Shown one piece after another: positions 34,155-43,568 of a DNA stretch of 46,850 nucleotides. The notes beneath the pieces were generated by a model that was not told where the DNA came from, did not search any database, and saw only the letters and a program-made list of their open reading frames with translations. The first letter of the stretch is position 1. Every line of letters begins with the position of its first letter. The translations under genes and the position numbers were made by a program. This DNA is from a virus (lineage: Duplodnaviria > Caudoviricetes), in the IMG/VR virus record IMGVR_UViG_3300031643_000002, positions 1 to 46,850 of that record. One strand, 5' to 3'.

Positions 34155-36818
34155 TTAAAGACCTAATTCCGCAGTCGTATGGCTTCTGTAATAGGTAATT
34201 ACCACCAAGGGACTGTCACCTGAGTTGCCCCATTCACCATTGCCGGTGTTATGCAAGACAAGAGCCTTGTTCGTAGATGCGGCCTCAGTAACTAAAGCGC
34301 TTGTAGTGGGAGCAGGCCCGGCAAAACACACAGTATCTTCCGTCGCATCGGCAAGGCCGGTTGCCTCTATTACATCTGAGACAATAACACCTGTTGTGTT
34401 TTCGTACCTAACGGCTAAATTGTCGTCGCTTTCGGTATATGCAGTGGCTCCGTAATCAAGAGCGACTATAACTTTAACGAACTCATGCATTTTACCGGCT
34501 TCGGCAGCTACTAATTCCTTGGGTGTGGCGCGAAGATTGTCAGCTTGCTCTGCCGTAACTGCGACCACTGTTTTACGGAGCACATCATCAGGCAACGTAG
34601 TTGACCCTGTAACGGCAAGAGAGTAATCGCCTGTCACAGTTACCGTCATATCATCGCCAACGGTTATTCCCAAGTCTCCGGCTTCATTTCCTGTAGGTTC
34701 AATGTCGATAGAGCCAGCAGCGGCTTTAAGAGTAATACCGCCCACATCAGACAATGCGTATATCGACTCATCGCCCGTACCCTGATCGGAATGTATATTG
34801 ATTTCCTCCGATGCTCCGCCGTTGGCGTGAAGGTAAATACCTACGCCATCGGCGTCAGTTGATACAAGAGTAATAACATCCTGAGCATCGATAAGGATAT
34901 CACCGTTAGCAGCACCGTCGGCAAGTAAAGTAATCCCACCGTTGGTTGTTTCTAACTTCGCGGCTTCACCGGCTACCGTACCAGTAACATTAACGTGGAA
35001 GGGCAAAGTAGTTCCTGTCATGGTGAATAACGACAAGTCACCGACAACCGTAAGAGAATCGGCACTTGCATCCCATGTAATCAATTCACTGGCCGTCTTG
35101 CCGTATACCAAAAGGTCTGTGGTATTGGCTGCCGAACCAAGATGTATAGCGAAGTCATCGTCGGCATCAGAAGGAATAACCCTCAAAACCTCGGAAGCAT
35201 TGTCGATATTCCATTCGGAATCCGAACCGATTATAAAGTCGGAATTATCGTCAAGCATAATATCCGCAGCTACCATTTCCAAACGGTCATCCGATTCATC
35301 CCATAAAGCGTAATTCACTGTAGTATCACCATAGAGATATACGTCAACACCTTCGGCGTCGGCCCCGAAATACCACGTATCGGCCGATTGGTCCCAATTG
35401 ACCTGCTGAGAAGCGGTAGCTCCGTAGAATATTACATCCTGTCCGTGATCGTCGGCACCGAACTTAAACTGACCGTTATTGGTATCGCCGGACGCGTCGA
35501 ACCACGTAAAAGCCGATGTATCCGCCGCCGTTGACATGAGCTTAAAATCGGTAGCTGTAGTACCATCGCCTATCTGAACGGCGTCGTTGGCCGTCGTAGC
35601 CACAAGAATTAAATTATCCGTAGTCTCATCAAAGTCTACGGTAAACGAATCCGTAGCTCCGTCACCGAAGATAATCATATCATCGTCGTTCATTCTGAGA
35701 TCATAAGCGTCGAAAATAACCTCTGCCGCGCTCGCATCCCACGTCGCATAAGATGTGTTCGTCGAAGCGTATATCCTGAAGTCCATCGAGTTAGTCGAAC
35801 CCAAATAGATTGCACCGGTATTGTCGGTAGCCGCCTCGATGAGCATATTGGTTTCATTCCATTTGATACCAACGTCCGGAGCCCCATCGTGGGCACCGCC
35901 TATACCCAAGACCGCATTGTCCTGGAAGATAAAAGTGTCTCTTGACGTATCCCATGCAACATCGTAAGTGTCGTCGAATAAGACGTCCGATGCACTAACC
36001 AAAAGCTCACCGGAAGTCGTAACCCCGACAAACGTTGCTGCTCCGGCAATGCTGACATTCCACGTGTTACTTGTACCCTGAATGTCATAGCCTGCGGTTC
36101 CGTCTATCTGAAGACTGACCGAAGTCGAAGCATCGGCGGCATTGGTAATTTGCATAGCATCGCCGTCGTTAGTAGCATCATCATAATCAATTAACAATGC
36201 AGGCCCGGAAGTTGAATTATCGTCAACTTCCAACTCTATCGACGTGCCGTCAACCTCTATCTTCTTACCGGTATTATAAGCCTCGTCGAGACTGTTACCC
36301 GATGCCGAAGCAATGGCCGTCCACGAAGAACCGTCCGTAGTGAAATACAGGGTATCGGTATCGTCGTTGTAGTAAACCACACCTTCAGTCGCATCGGAAC
36401 CCGAAGGGGCGGATGTTCTCGGCGTAAACGTGTACCAGTCGGTGTTGACGTTATCATTCAGCCAGTTGATAAGGCTCTCGATATTAGAGGCTTCCTCGAA
36501 AGTGATTTTTGCCGCTATTGCATTGCCTGCCAATACCAATATCAATAATACTACTATGCTGACAAGCGTTTTCATTAACGTAAATCCTTTCTTTTTCCTT
36601 GTAGCTTTAGCCCGAATTGGCTTTGACTTTTTCGGTCTGTTTATCGGTTTGGGCGCCGAAATTAGATCATCTATTCTCGACGTCAATTCATCTATTTTGC
36701 TTTTATCCTCTTTGATATTTTTTTCATTATCGACAATCTGATTGCGAAGTCTCTGCATTTCTGCAACTACTTCCTCTGTGCTATCAAGCTCGTCGATAGC
36801 GTAGTTTCTATTCTCCAT
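34155..36818 (-). CDS. Large acidic fibre/spike-like protein; second in-frame start at 36575 with signal peptide
   Basis: ATG 36818 (GAAAGG RBS) and ATG 36575 (GAAAGGA RBS) MKTLVSIVVLLILVLAGNAIA|A; GVVYYNDDTDTLYF..DGSSW. Confidence 0.75.
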   Translation of the reverse strand: MENRNYAIDELDSTEEVVAEMQRLRNQIVDNEKNIKEDKSKIDELTSRIDDLISAPKPINRPKKSKPIRAKATRKKKGFTLMKTLVSIVVLLILVLAGNAIAAKITFEEASNIESLINWLNDNVNTDWYTFTPRTSAPSGSDATEGVVYYNDDTDTLYFTTDGSSWTAIASASGNSLDEAYNTGKKIEVDGTSIELEVDDNSTSGPALLIDYDDATNDGDAMQITNAADASTSVSLQIDGTAGYDIQGTSNTWNVSIAGAATFVGVTTSGELLVSASDVLFDDTYDVAWDTSRDTFIFQDNAVLGIGGAHDGAPDVGIKWNETNMLIEAATDNTGAIYLGSTNSMDFRIYASTNTSYATWDASAAEVIFDAYDLRMNDDDMIIFGDGATDSFTVDFDETTDNLILVATTANDAVQIGDGTTATDFKLMSTAADTSAFTWFDASGDTNNGQFKFGADDHGQDVIFYGATASQQVNWDQSADTWYFGADAEGVDVYLYGDTTVNYALWDESDDRLEMVAADIMLDDNSDFIIGSDSEWNIDNASEVLRVIPSDADDDFAIHLGSAANTTDLLVYGKTASELITWDASADSLTVVGDLSLFTMTGTTLPFHVNVTGTVAGEAAKLETTNGGITLLADGAANGDILIDAQDVITLVSTDADGVGIYLHANGGASEEINIHSDQGTGDESIYALSDVGGITLKAAAGSIDIEPTGNEAGDLGITVGDDMTVTVTGDYSLAVTGSTTLPDDVLRKTVVAVTAEQADNLRATPKELVAAEAGKMHEFVKVIVALDYGATAYTESDDNLAVRYENTTGVIVSDVIEATGLADATEDTVCFAGPAPTTSALVTEAASTNKALVLHNTGNGEWGNSGDSPLVVITYYRSHTTAELGL

Positions 36819-37443
36819 TTTTTTCCTTTCCCGGAGGTTTGGCCTCCGTACTGCCAAGTTGAGCAAGCTGTCCCTTACTAAACTGAATTTCCAGCGTAAA
36901 TCTTGAATTGACAACGGGAATACTACCGCTTTGCATCCCGGTCGCCTGGTCAATGATTGGCTTGGACGTCGTGTACGTAAGAGACTTCAAATGCTCAATT
37001 ACAGACAATGGCAGTACGTAAATCTCGCCGTGGAAAAGGTGCCAGTGCGGAGCTTTCCTGAATCCGTATTTATTTTTCTGACCGTAAAACCCGTAAGGTT
37101 CGGTAGAAGAAAATTCCAAATCGGCGCGGGGAGACTGCATATTATAGAACTTCACATGGAGAGGCGGATCTTCTGTTATCAACGCCTTTTTGCCCGATTC
37201 GTTGCGTTCTGCAACAAGATCCATCGTCATTTTAAGCGATTCGAGATTTATTTTTCGGGCGTTTTCCTTTTGGGAAGACTCCACAATTAACAACTTCTCT
37301 TTAATGGTCTGCACATCGAGCGATGGGTCTACGTTAAAACCCATACCTTCACTCGCGTACCGAATCATTTCTTCTTTCGTCATTTTTTCCAGTTTTTGGG
37401 CCAGTGTCATATCGACAGGGGCTGCGCTTTGTACTGCCATCAT
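36808..37443 (-). CDS. Hypothetical morphogenesis-region protein
   Basis: 211 aa; AGGAG RBS. Confidence 0.75.
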   Translation of the reverse strand: MMAVQSAAPVDMTLAQKLEKMTKEEMIRYASEGMGFNVDPSLDVQTIKEKLLIVESSQKENARKINLESLKMTMDLVAERNESGKKALITEDPPLHVKFYNMQSPRADLEFSSTEPYGFYGQKNKYGFRKAPHWHLFHGEIYVLPLSVIEHLKSLTYTTSKPIIDQATGMQSGSIPVVNSRFTLEIQFSKGQLAQLGSTEAKPPGKEKNGE

Positions 37444-37454
37444 AGTTCTCCTAA

Positions 37455-38120
37455 TTAATCGTTTGCATGTTTGCCTACGGGATCATAGGTCGCTGAATCT
37501 CTTTCGGGGGCGTCACTGTCCCATAGTTCTGCTTCCCATGTCCACTCGTCGGAGTCGGTACTAATATCAGCGCCGATAGTAATGCCTTTGGCGCCGACGT
37601 TCTTGAGCTTCTCTTCGCGGCAAATCCACGTATTCGTACCGTCTGACGTCGTTTCGCCTACTACGGTTCCCCACGTCGGCTCCGTGCCGTAAACACCGGC
37701 AGTAACCGTGCATTCGTAGACAAAGCCGTTATGGACACTCGGTCTTACTACCGTACCCACTACAGAAGTGCTTCTCGCAGTTGGCGCAGTAGCGCCAGCC
37801 ACGAAATCGGCAGCAATTGTCGCAGCCACTTCACCGTTGCCGTTAGGCGCGGGTATCATAGCCTTAACAGCTACTGTATTGTAAGCTGAGAAACCACCGG
37901 CGGCACTTGCGAGCTTTGTTAAGGCCCCGCCACCTGCGGCACGTGTCATACCGTACTGGCCGTAATCGTTGGCAGTATCTCCGCGAGACTTGAGCCACTC
38001 ATAATTTACAGCGTTAGTCTCTTCAAGCTTTGCTACTGCAACAAACTTGTCCGGCACAAAACCAATATCTATATTGATAGCGTTTCCGTCGGCTATCAAA
38101 TTGCCGCCTACTTTAATCAT
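37455..38120 (-). CDS. Capsid decoration/cement-like protein with small carbohydrate-binding-like insert
   Basis: Follows MCP; DIGFVPD; NGFVYECTVTAG..GTEPTW...DGTNTW. Confidence 0.6.
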   Translation of the reverse strand: MIKVGGNLIADGNAINIDIGFVPDKFVAVAKLEETNAVNYEWLKSRGDTANDYGQYGMTRAAGGGALTKLASAAGGFSAYNTVAVKAMIPAPNGNGEVAATIAADFVAGATAPTARSTSVVGTVVRPSVHNGFVYECTVTAGVYGTEPTWGTVVGETTSDGTNTWICREEKLKNVGAKGITIGADISTDSDEWTWEAELWDSDAPERDSATYDPVGKHAND

Positions 38121-38150
38121 CTTATTTCCTTTCAAATTAGGCGTTAATGT

Positions 38151-39068
38151 TTACGCGGCAGTGCATTTCAAAACATGGACATAGAGATCGTTAAGAATTC
38201 TCGGTACGTTCCACATTTTCCATCCGACTGTAGTTTTCTGCTCTAACGGGTCGGTTGGAGCGTGAACTATGCTCTTTGCATTGCCGCCGCTAATGTCGAT
38301 TGTGGCGTAAGCATCCCTGCCGATAATCGGGCATGAATATACCGAGCTTGAAACGTAACCTTCCGTACTGGTAAGCCACCTGATGTTATGGGTATATCCC
38401 CATTCCTGTTCGGTAACGCCCTGATAGCCGGAATAATTAGCAACCGCCCTGAAACCGACAACGGCCTCGATATCGTTCTCAAGATCGGTATCGGCCATAG
38501 CCCAATAAGAAGGTCTTACCGGTGCCGTACCCTGGCCCTGGGCGGGTCGAACAAGCTTGGTCATAAACTTCGCCCTTTTCTGCCGCATAACCTTTCGAAC
38601 GGCCTTGATATCGGTAGCATTGAGTAAGGTTCCCGTTCCCGAACTATTGGAACACGTTGTCGAGGAGGCCGAGCTTACCAAAACGTCTCGCGTGATCTGG
38701 TCTAAAGTTGCCTGCATCTGGTCCGCTTGAAGTTCAATTTCTTTGGTGATATTCGGATCCTCTACAGTCAAATCGACCACATCGGTAATCGTGCAGAAGT
38801 CTCCGTATTGACTAACCTCGGCAAGTAAGTCAATCTTGCTTTGCTTGTGACCGTTGGGAGTAATACCCTCGGTTATCGGCGTAGACGCAGGACTGTACCT
38901 GTTGTAGCGCCGGAACTTCATCGTATTACCGCTCTTGGCCTTTATTGACTTCTTTATTGCGAACCGGTTGTAAATGTACTCCGGGTAAGACGGTTCGAGT
39001 AGAACCCTGTCGTAAGTGACTGCTACCGCAGGATCGACCTGAAGTGTTGTAGTAATATTGTCAGCCAT
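38151..39068 (-). CDS. Major capsid protein, N4-gp56 family
   Basis: GNTMKFRRY...ITEGITP...QYGDF..ITD...DPLEQKTTVGWK. Confidence 0.9.
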   Translation of the reverse strand: MADNITTTLQVDPAVAVTYDRVLLEPSYPEYIYNRFAIKKSIKAKSGNTMKFRRYNRYSPASTPITEGITPNGHKQSKIDLLAEVSQYGDFCTITDVVDLTVEDPNITKEIELQADQMQATLDQITRDVLVSSASSTTCSNSSGTGTLLNATDIKAVRKVMRQKRAKFMTKLVRPAQGQGTAPVRPSYWAMADTDLENDIEAVVGFRAVANYSGYQGVTEQEWGYTHNIRWLTSTEGYVSSSVYSCPIIGRDAYATIDISGGNAKSIVHAPTDPLEQKTTVGWKMWNVPRILNDLYVHVLKCTAA

Positions 39069-39082
39069 GTTTATTCCTTTCT

Positions 39083-39871
39083 TTAACCGGCCCTCGCCGT
39101 AATCTTGGCCTTATACTCAGCAAATTCCTCGTCCGACATGCCTTTTATCATCGCCGCTTTATCAAGAGTTCCGCCGCCGGTCGCAGCTTCACTTATAGAT
39201 GCCTGACGATTAGCGGCGTTGATAGCATCTTTAGCGACTGATGCCGCTTGTTTTTCGGCTTCGATAGGATTAAGGGTTTTCATATCCATTGTGACGAGTT
39301 CGTAAATTGCCTGTGGCGCATTGGGGCCATTCAATATGGCTCTGGCCGCTTGTGGATATTTCTCAAATACCCGCCGCATTGGCGCGGCAGGAACAAAGTT
39401 CCCACTTGCATTTATGGAACCGACGACTTCACCGAAATCAGGATGCGCAGCAATAAAAGCTTCTCTCTGGGTCTGGACGCTTACCATATTCAGCATTTGA
39501 TTAAAGACCTGCCCGTTCTGCTCTGTTGTCAGATAAGGTTCGTTTTCAAGTCCTAACCTCTTTAGTGTTTGCACGTACGGATCGTCCTGGGATTGAGGCT
39601 TTGTTTCCATTCGGGCAATTAAAGCCGCTCTTTCCGCCTCAAGAGCCGCAACCCTCGCATCACTTTCGTTTTTCGCATCGTTGATTTCCTTAAATCTTTC
39701 GTAAGGAACATTTTTGTCAGTGGCGACTTGACTTACGCCCTTGTCAGTGGTGGTCTGACTTACACCTTTGTCAGTGCCGGATTGACTTACGGCTTTGCCG
39801 GTGTCGGATTGGCTTACGGCCGGGTCGGTGACGACTTGACCCTCTTTAACGTCGGTTTTTTCATTTTCCAT
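39083..39871 (-). CDS. Capsid scaffolding protein
   Basis: VPYERFKEIND, coiled coil, MSDEEF terminus; directly before MCP. Confidence 0.8.
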   Translation of the reverse strand: MENEKTDVKEGQVVTDPAVSQSDTGKAVSQSGTDKGVSQTTTDKGVSQVATDKNVPYERFKEINDAKNESDARVAALEAERAALIARMETKPQSQDDPYVQTLKRLGLENEPYLTTEQNGQVFNQMLNMVSVQTQREAFIAAHPDFGEVVGSINASGNFVPAAPMRRVFEKYPQAARAILNGPNAPQAIYELVTMDMKTLNPIEAEKQAASVAKDAINAANRQASISEAATGGGTLDKAAMIKGMSDEEFAEYKAKITARAG

Positions 39872-39873
39872 GA

Positions 39874-39971
39874 TTTTTTCCTTCGTTTTGGTTTAATAAA
39901 AAAAGCCCCTGACTACCTCGCGTGAGGTTGCCAAGGGCGTTTGTTACGTTACCTTTGTAAACTAACTAATT
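39874..39971 (-). terminator. Conserved late terminator/attenuator element, copy 2
   Basis: Homologous to 23790-23886. Confidence 0.75.
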
Positions 39972-40013
39972 GTATTTACTTTATTTTTATCCTTTATGTA
40001 AAGTCACGGCGTT

Positions 40014-40829
40014 TCATGGTTTTTCTACCTTGTATATCCTGGTGCCCTTCTCAATTGTTATGCACATGTCATATATTCTAACATGCGGATCATCTGATTC
40101 AGGTCTTTCTATAGCTATCTCAACATCCTCCTTGACCTCGTAATACTCCGGCCATGTCGGGATTGATTCGATGAGTTGAGCCAAGATACTTTTCGGTTCT
40201 TTCGGCTCTTTCGGCTCTAAAAACTGTATCTCTCCATCTGGTGCATTTGTGTCAAGTTCGTAACCCAACGAAATCATATTCTTCACTTGTTCTTTTATTA
40301 TTTCGAGAACAAGGTCTTTGAATTCTATGTCATATTCTATTGGCTCGTTCGGATCGGCATAATCATCAAATATTTTTCCGCTATGATAGAGTGTCCATAT
40401 ATCTGTTTTTTCGTTTGGATCGCCTTTATATTCAGGAATATCTACACTCTGTTCGTTCGGTTCGGTGAATTTAACTGTAATTGGTTCGTTGAAATCATAT
40501 TTGTCAGAAACAAAATATTCCATCAACGTTTTGAATATAATTTCAATCGAATCTTCCGCATTTCTACTGCTCGTTATTGTGTGTGTGTTCGGGTCATAAT
40601 TAATTACAACTTCCTCGCATTCATACTCGCACCATAAATCATCGTTTTCTTTTGTTGACAACTCGCATTGTGTCTCTGGTACAATTACCTCAAAAACTAT
40701 ATCAAAGTCGTTTACATCTTCACACTCGATATCTTCCGCTTTCGTCATATTTTCCGTCTTCCACACATATACGGCAAGAATGACGAACAAAATCGTAACC
40801 GCTATGGATAATTCCTTTAATCTCCGCAT
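40014..40829 (-). CDS. Membrane-anchored acidic protein rich in D/E-x-N motifs
   Basis: N-terminal TM; DPN x3, EPN, DVN, DFN, DTN. Confidence 0.75.
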   Translation of the reverse strand: MRRLKELSIAVTILFVILAVYVWKTENMTKAEDIECEDVNDFDIVFEVIVPETQCELSTKENDDLWCEYECEEVVINYDPNTHTITSSRNAEDSIEIIFKTLMEYFVSDKYDFNEPITVKFTEPNEQSVDIPEYKGDPNEKTDIWTLYHSGKIFDDYADPNEPIEYDIEFKDLVLEIIKEQVKNMISLGYELDTNAPDGEIQFLEPKEPKEPKSILAQLIESIPTWPEYYEVKEDVEIAIERPESDDPHVRIYDMCITIEKGTRIYKVEKP

Positions 40830-40978
40830 AGTTTTCCCTTTCCGAATCTTTCTACGTAACTCGATTTTATCTCACCTTCGGGATGAAGGTTAAAGACTAT
40901 CTTTGCATACTCTTGTGGAAACGCCCGCAAGAGCATTTTTTCGCATCTATCAACAACTTTTTGTTGCTCTACTGTCAA
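40817..40978 (-). CDS. Small hypothetical protein (53 aa, TTG start)
   Basis: Manual translation MTVEQQKVVDRCEKMLLRAFPQEYAKIVFNL...; AAGGTG RBS. Confidence 0.5.
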   Translation of the reverse strand: MTVEQQKVVDRCEKMLLRAFPQEYAKIVFNLHPEGEIKSSYVERFGKGKLCGD

Positions 40979-41201
40979 AATAAAAAGCACCTTAACTCAT
41001 GCGGAGGATATAGTCCCCTGCGATATATATAACTGTCGTATTTATGCCTCTTCCACATTTTGACACACCAAAAAAGATTAGGCTTGCAACACGGCCCATG
41101 TCTAACAAATCTTGCAAAAGGAGTCAAGCACCAATAACTCTTTTTTGAGCCGTAATAAAGGCGCTATCCGAAAAAGAAACGTATTATAAACCTAATCTGT
41201 C

Positions 41202-41609
41202 TCAACTATAATCCCTTATAGGCATATTTTGTGCCGACTCGGAAACCAAATCACTGATACATTCACCGGCTTCACCAATTGTCGGCTTATCGGGTGGTAA
41301 AGCGTAAAGGCATTGGGCTAATCCTATCCTGTTATCGACTCTCCACAACAAAGAGCCTATTAATTTCATTAAGGGCGGCTCGTCAATTATATTTATAACA
41401 CAACGCATAACTTTCTTACCGGACAAATCCATGGTTTTCGTCGGTCGTATAACGTTTCTATTTCCTGCCGGGGGACCTTCGTAACCATTATTAATTATAA
41501 CCAATAGATAGTACGGCTTTCTCCGAAATTGATTGGCGTTAATAACTTTCTCAAGGTTCCTGTGAAGCTCTTGAGTACACCAGGCATGAAAATCGCCATA
41601 GGTTATCAT
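41202..41609 (-). CDS. Hypothetical protein
   Basis: 135 aa, directly after portal. Confidence 0.75.
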   Translation of the reverse strand: MITYGDFHAWCTQELHRNLEKVINANQFRRKPYYLLVIINNGYEGPPAGNRNVIRPTKTMDLSGKKVMRCVINIIDEPPLMKLIGSLLWRVDNRIGLAQCLYALPPDKPTIGEAGECISDLVSESAQNMPIRDYS

Positions 41610-41612
41610 AGT

Positions 41613-43568
41613 TTATTCTTTACCCTTTCGATTCATTCTCGCTATTTCGAGATTAGCCTGAATCTCCAATAGCCTTATAGCGTTATTTTCCCCGGCCTGC
41701 CGCGACTTCTCGCGCATGTTCTGTATCTTCTCCATAGTAGTCACTTTATCATAAGCGGCTTCGGTAGTATTTTCAATGGCGGCCGTTCTTTGCTGCTCGG
41801 CCAGCATCCTATCGTTTTGCATATCGGTTTGCAGCTTTTGGATGGCAAGCTGCTGCATGGTATTTTGTATTTGCTGCTGCTTTTGGTTTTCTACAGCACG
41901 TTGCTTTTCCTGCGCCTCTACCTCTTTTAGTACCTCTGACTTCTGCTGGATGGGAGCCATCTTGAGTAAATGCTTCCACGAGAGCGGGCACGGATCCTGT
42001 AATCTCACACCTAATTCTTTTAAGGCCACGGCTTCGGCGTAGGCCATTGCCCTTTGTGTATCGCTTATCATGCCTTCGGCAACTACACAATCGTATTTGC
42101 CGAACATCCTGTTATAGAAAGCCGGGGTGGGCTTCTGATTGATTATCCTCTCTATTTTACTCGGTGGGTACTGTTGAATCAGCCGGTTCATCTTCCGACC
42201 TATCATCTTAATCGTAACTCCTCTGTTATCGAATAAATCCCTTAGCCCTATCAAACCGGCACCTACTCGCAACTTGGCTAAGACCCCGGCCACTTTAAGA
42301 TTGCCATTCGCGGGCATACCAAACATTTCTTCATTGATATTGACTATCTTGGGTATACCCTGATTTATCGAATTCCAAACATCTAACATGCCGGGCGGGA
42401 AACTCGGTACGGTTCTATCTCGATAACGAGCTTCTTTTATAGCGTTTTTCTTGAATTGTCTCGGATGACCACTGCCCGTTACCAAAGAATCCCTTTCGTC
42501 AACCAAGGTATTTTCCTCGAAATCCATACCGGCGCCCGCCTGAGATTCCATCCAGGAAATTATACTCATCATCCTCTTGTCAGAGGCCTTTTGTGAATCC
42601 ACAAGTCCGTGAATAAGGCCCTGTAATTTCATTACCATGCTATCCTGCTCGGCGTCCAAATAACACACTATGGGCGTGAAAGAAAAATCGTCTATCCCGA
42701 ACGGGTCTATAGCATTAATAACTTCCTGACCATCCAGATAATCGGTAACTCTAATGGTAGGCTCCCACCTCTCGACAACGGAAATCATTTCAGGCGGTAT
42801 GCCCCGCTCGAACCACATGCGCATAAGTTCTTCGAGCTCCCGCTTACTGCCCTTGAATACTATTTCCTCCATCGTAGGTTTTAAGATGATTATCTTTCTC
42901 TTTTCGACCGTTCTCTGCTGGAATTCATCGAAAGCGTGAAGTTTCTCGCCGTATAATTTGGGTTGCGGATAATTAGAGAACATCGTCTCGGCGCCGGATG
43001 CCTCAAGATTGTCAATTTCCGATTCCTTGCCGGGCAAGAGCATCTTCGCCTGCGACTTCGTAATGTACTTGCGCATAATGCCCCATTGACAGTCTTCGAG
43101 ATCAACCCTGCTAAAAGTGGGGTCGAGAATGAACTGATTATACATGAATCTACCGAACCTCGTATTGAAGTTCCGATCGTTGTAGAGATTGATTAGGTTT
43201 ATACCCGTCTTTAGAGCGCCTTCAAATCCGTCTGAAATAGTATTATAGCCGTTCTTTAACTGCATAGACCACATCGCTGCGGCACTTAACTGAGAGGCCG
43301 TTTGCTCGTCACCGCCCTCCTGGGGATCGTAGATAATTGCCAGTCGGTGTTCTCTTTCATAGCCAGTAACCCACTTAACACAACGGCGCAACTGGGGGAT
43401 AGTCATTAACTCAACGCCCCGCATTTTGGCGTTTAATTTATCTTTGCTACTCCACGGATCGCCGCCGTAAGCCTTTAAGTCGGTCTTTACCGATGCCTGC
43501 CACGGACCCCACGAGGCCCACCCCTGATCGTAAGCTTCTTTTAGTTCGCTTTTCCTATCGTTTTCCAT
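41613..43568 (-). CDS. Portal protein, P22-like
   Basis: 651 aa after TerL; YGGDPW...VTGYE...GLIHGLVDSQ; Q-rich C-terminal coiled barrel. Confidence 0.85.
   Translation of the reverse strand: MENDRKSELKEAYDQGWASWGPWQASVKTDLKAYGGDPWSSKDKLNAKMRGVELMTIPQLRRCVKWVTGYEREHRLAIIYDPQEGGDEQTASQLSAAAMWSMQLKNGYNTISDGFEGALKTGINLINLYNDRNFNTRFGRFMYNQFILDPTFSRVDLEDCQWGIMRKYITKSQAKMLLPGKESEIDNLEASGAETMFSNYPQPKLYGEKLHAFDEFQQRTVEKRKIIILKPTMEEIVFKGSKRELEELMRMWFERGIPPEMISVVERWEPTIRVTDYLDGQEVINAIDPFGIDDFSFTPIVCYLDAEQDSMVMKLQGLIHGLVDSQKASDKRMMSIISWMESQAGAGMDFEENTLVDERDSLVTGSGHPRQFKKNAIKEARYRDRTVPSFPPGMLDVWNSINQGIPKIVNINEEMFGMPANGNLKVAGVLAKLRVGAGLIGLRDLFDNRGVTIKMIGRKMNRLIQQYPPSKIERIINQKPTPAFYNRMFGKYDCVVAEGMISDTQRAMAYAEAVALKELGVRLQDPCPLSWKHLLKMAPIQQKSEVLKEVEAQEKQRAVENQKQQQIQNTMQQLAIQKLQTDMQNDRMLAEQQRTAAIENTTEAAYDKVTTMEKIQNMREKSRQAGENNAIRLLEIQANLEIARMNRKGKE

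Noticed and set aside
36819-36953. ORF-track N-terminal extension of the 932 aa ORF (similarly 28994-29032 and 15847-16044)
   Set aside because: Overlaps upstream genes; RBS-supported starts lie downstream
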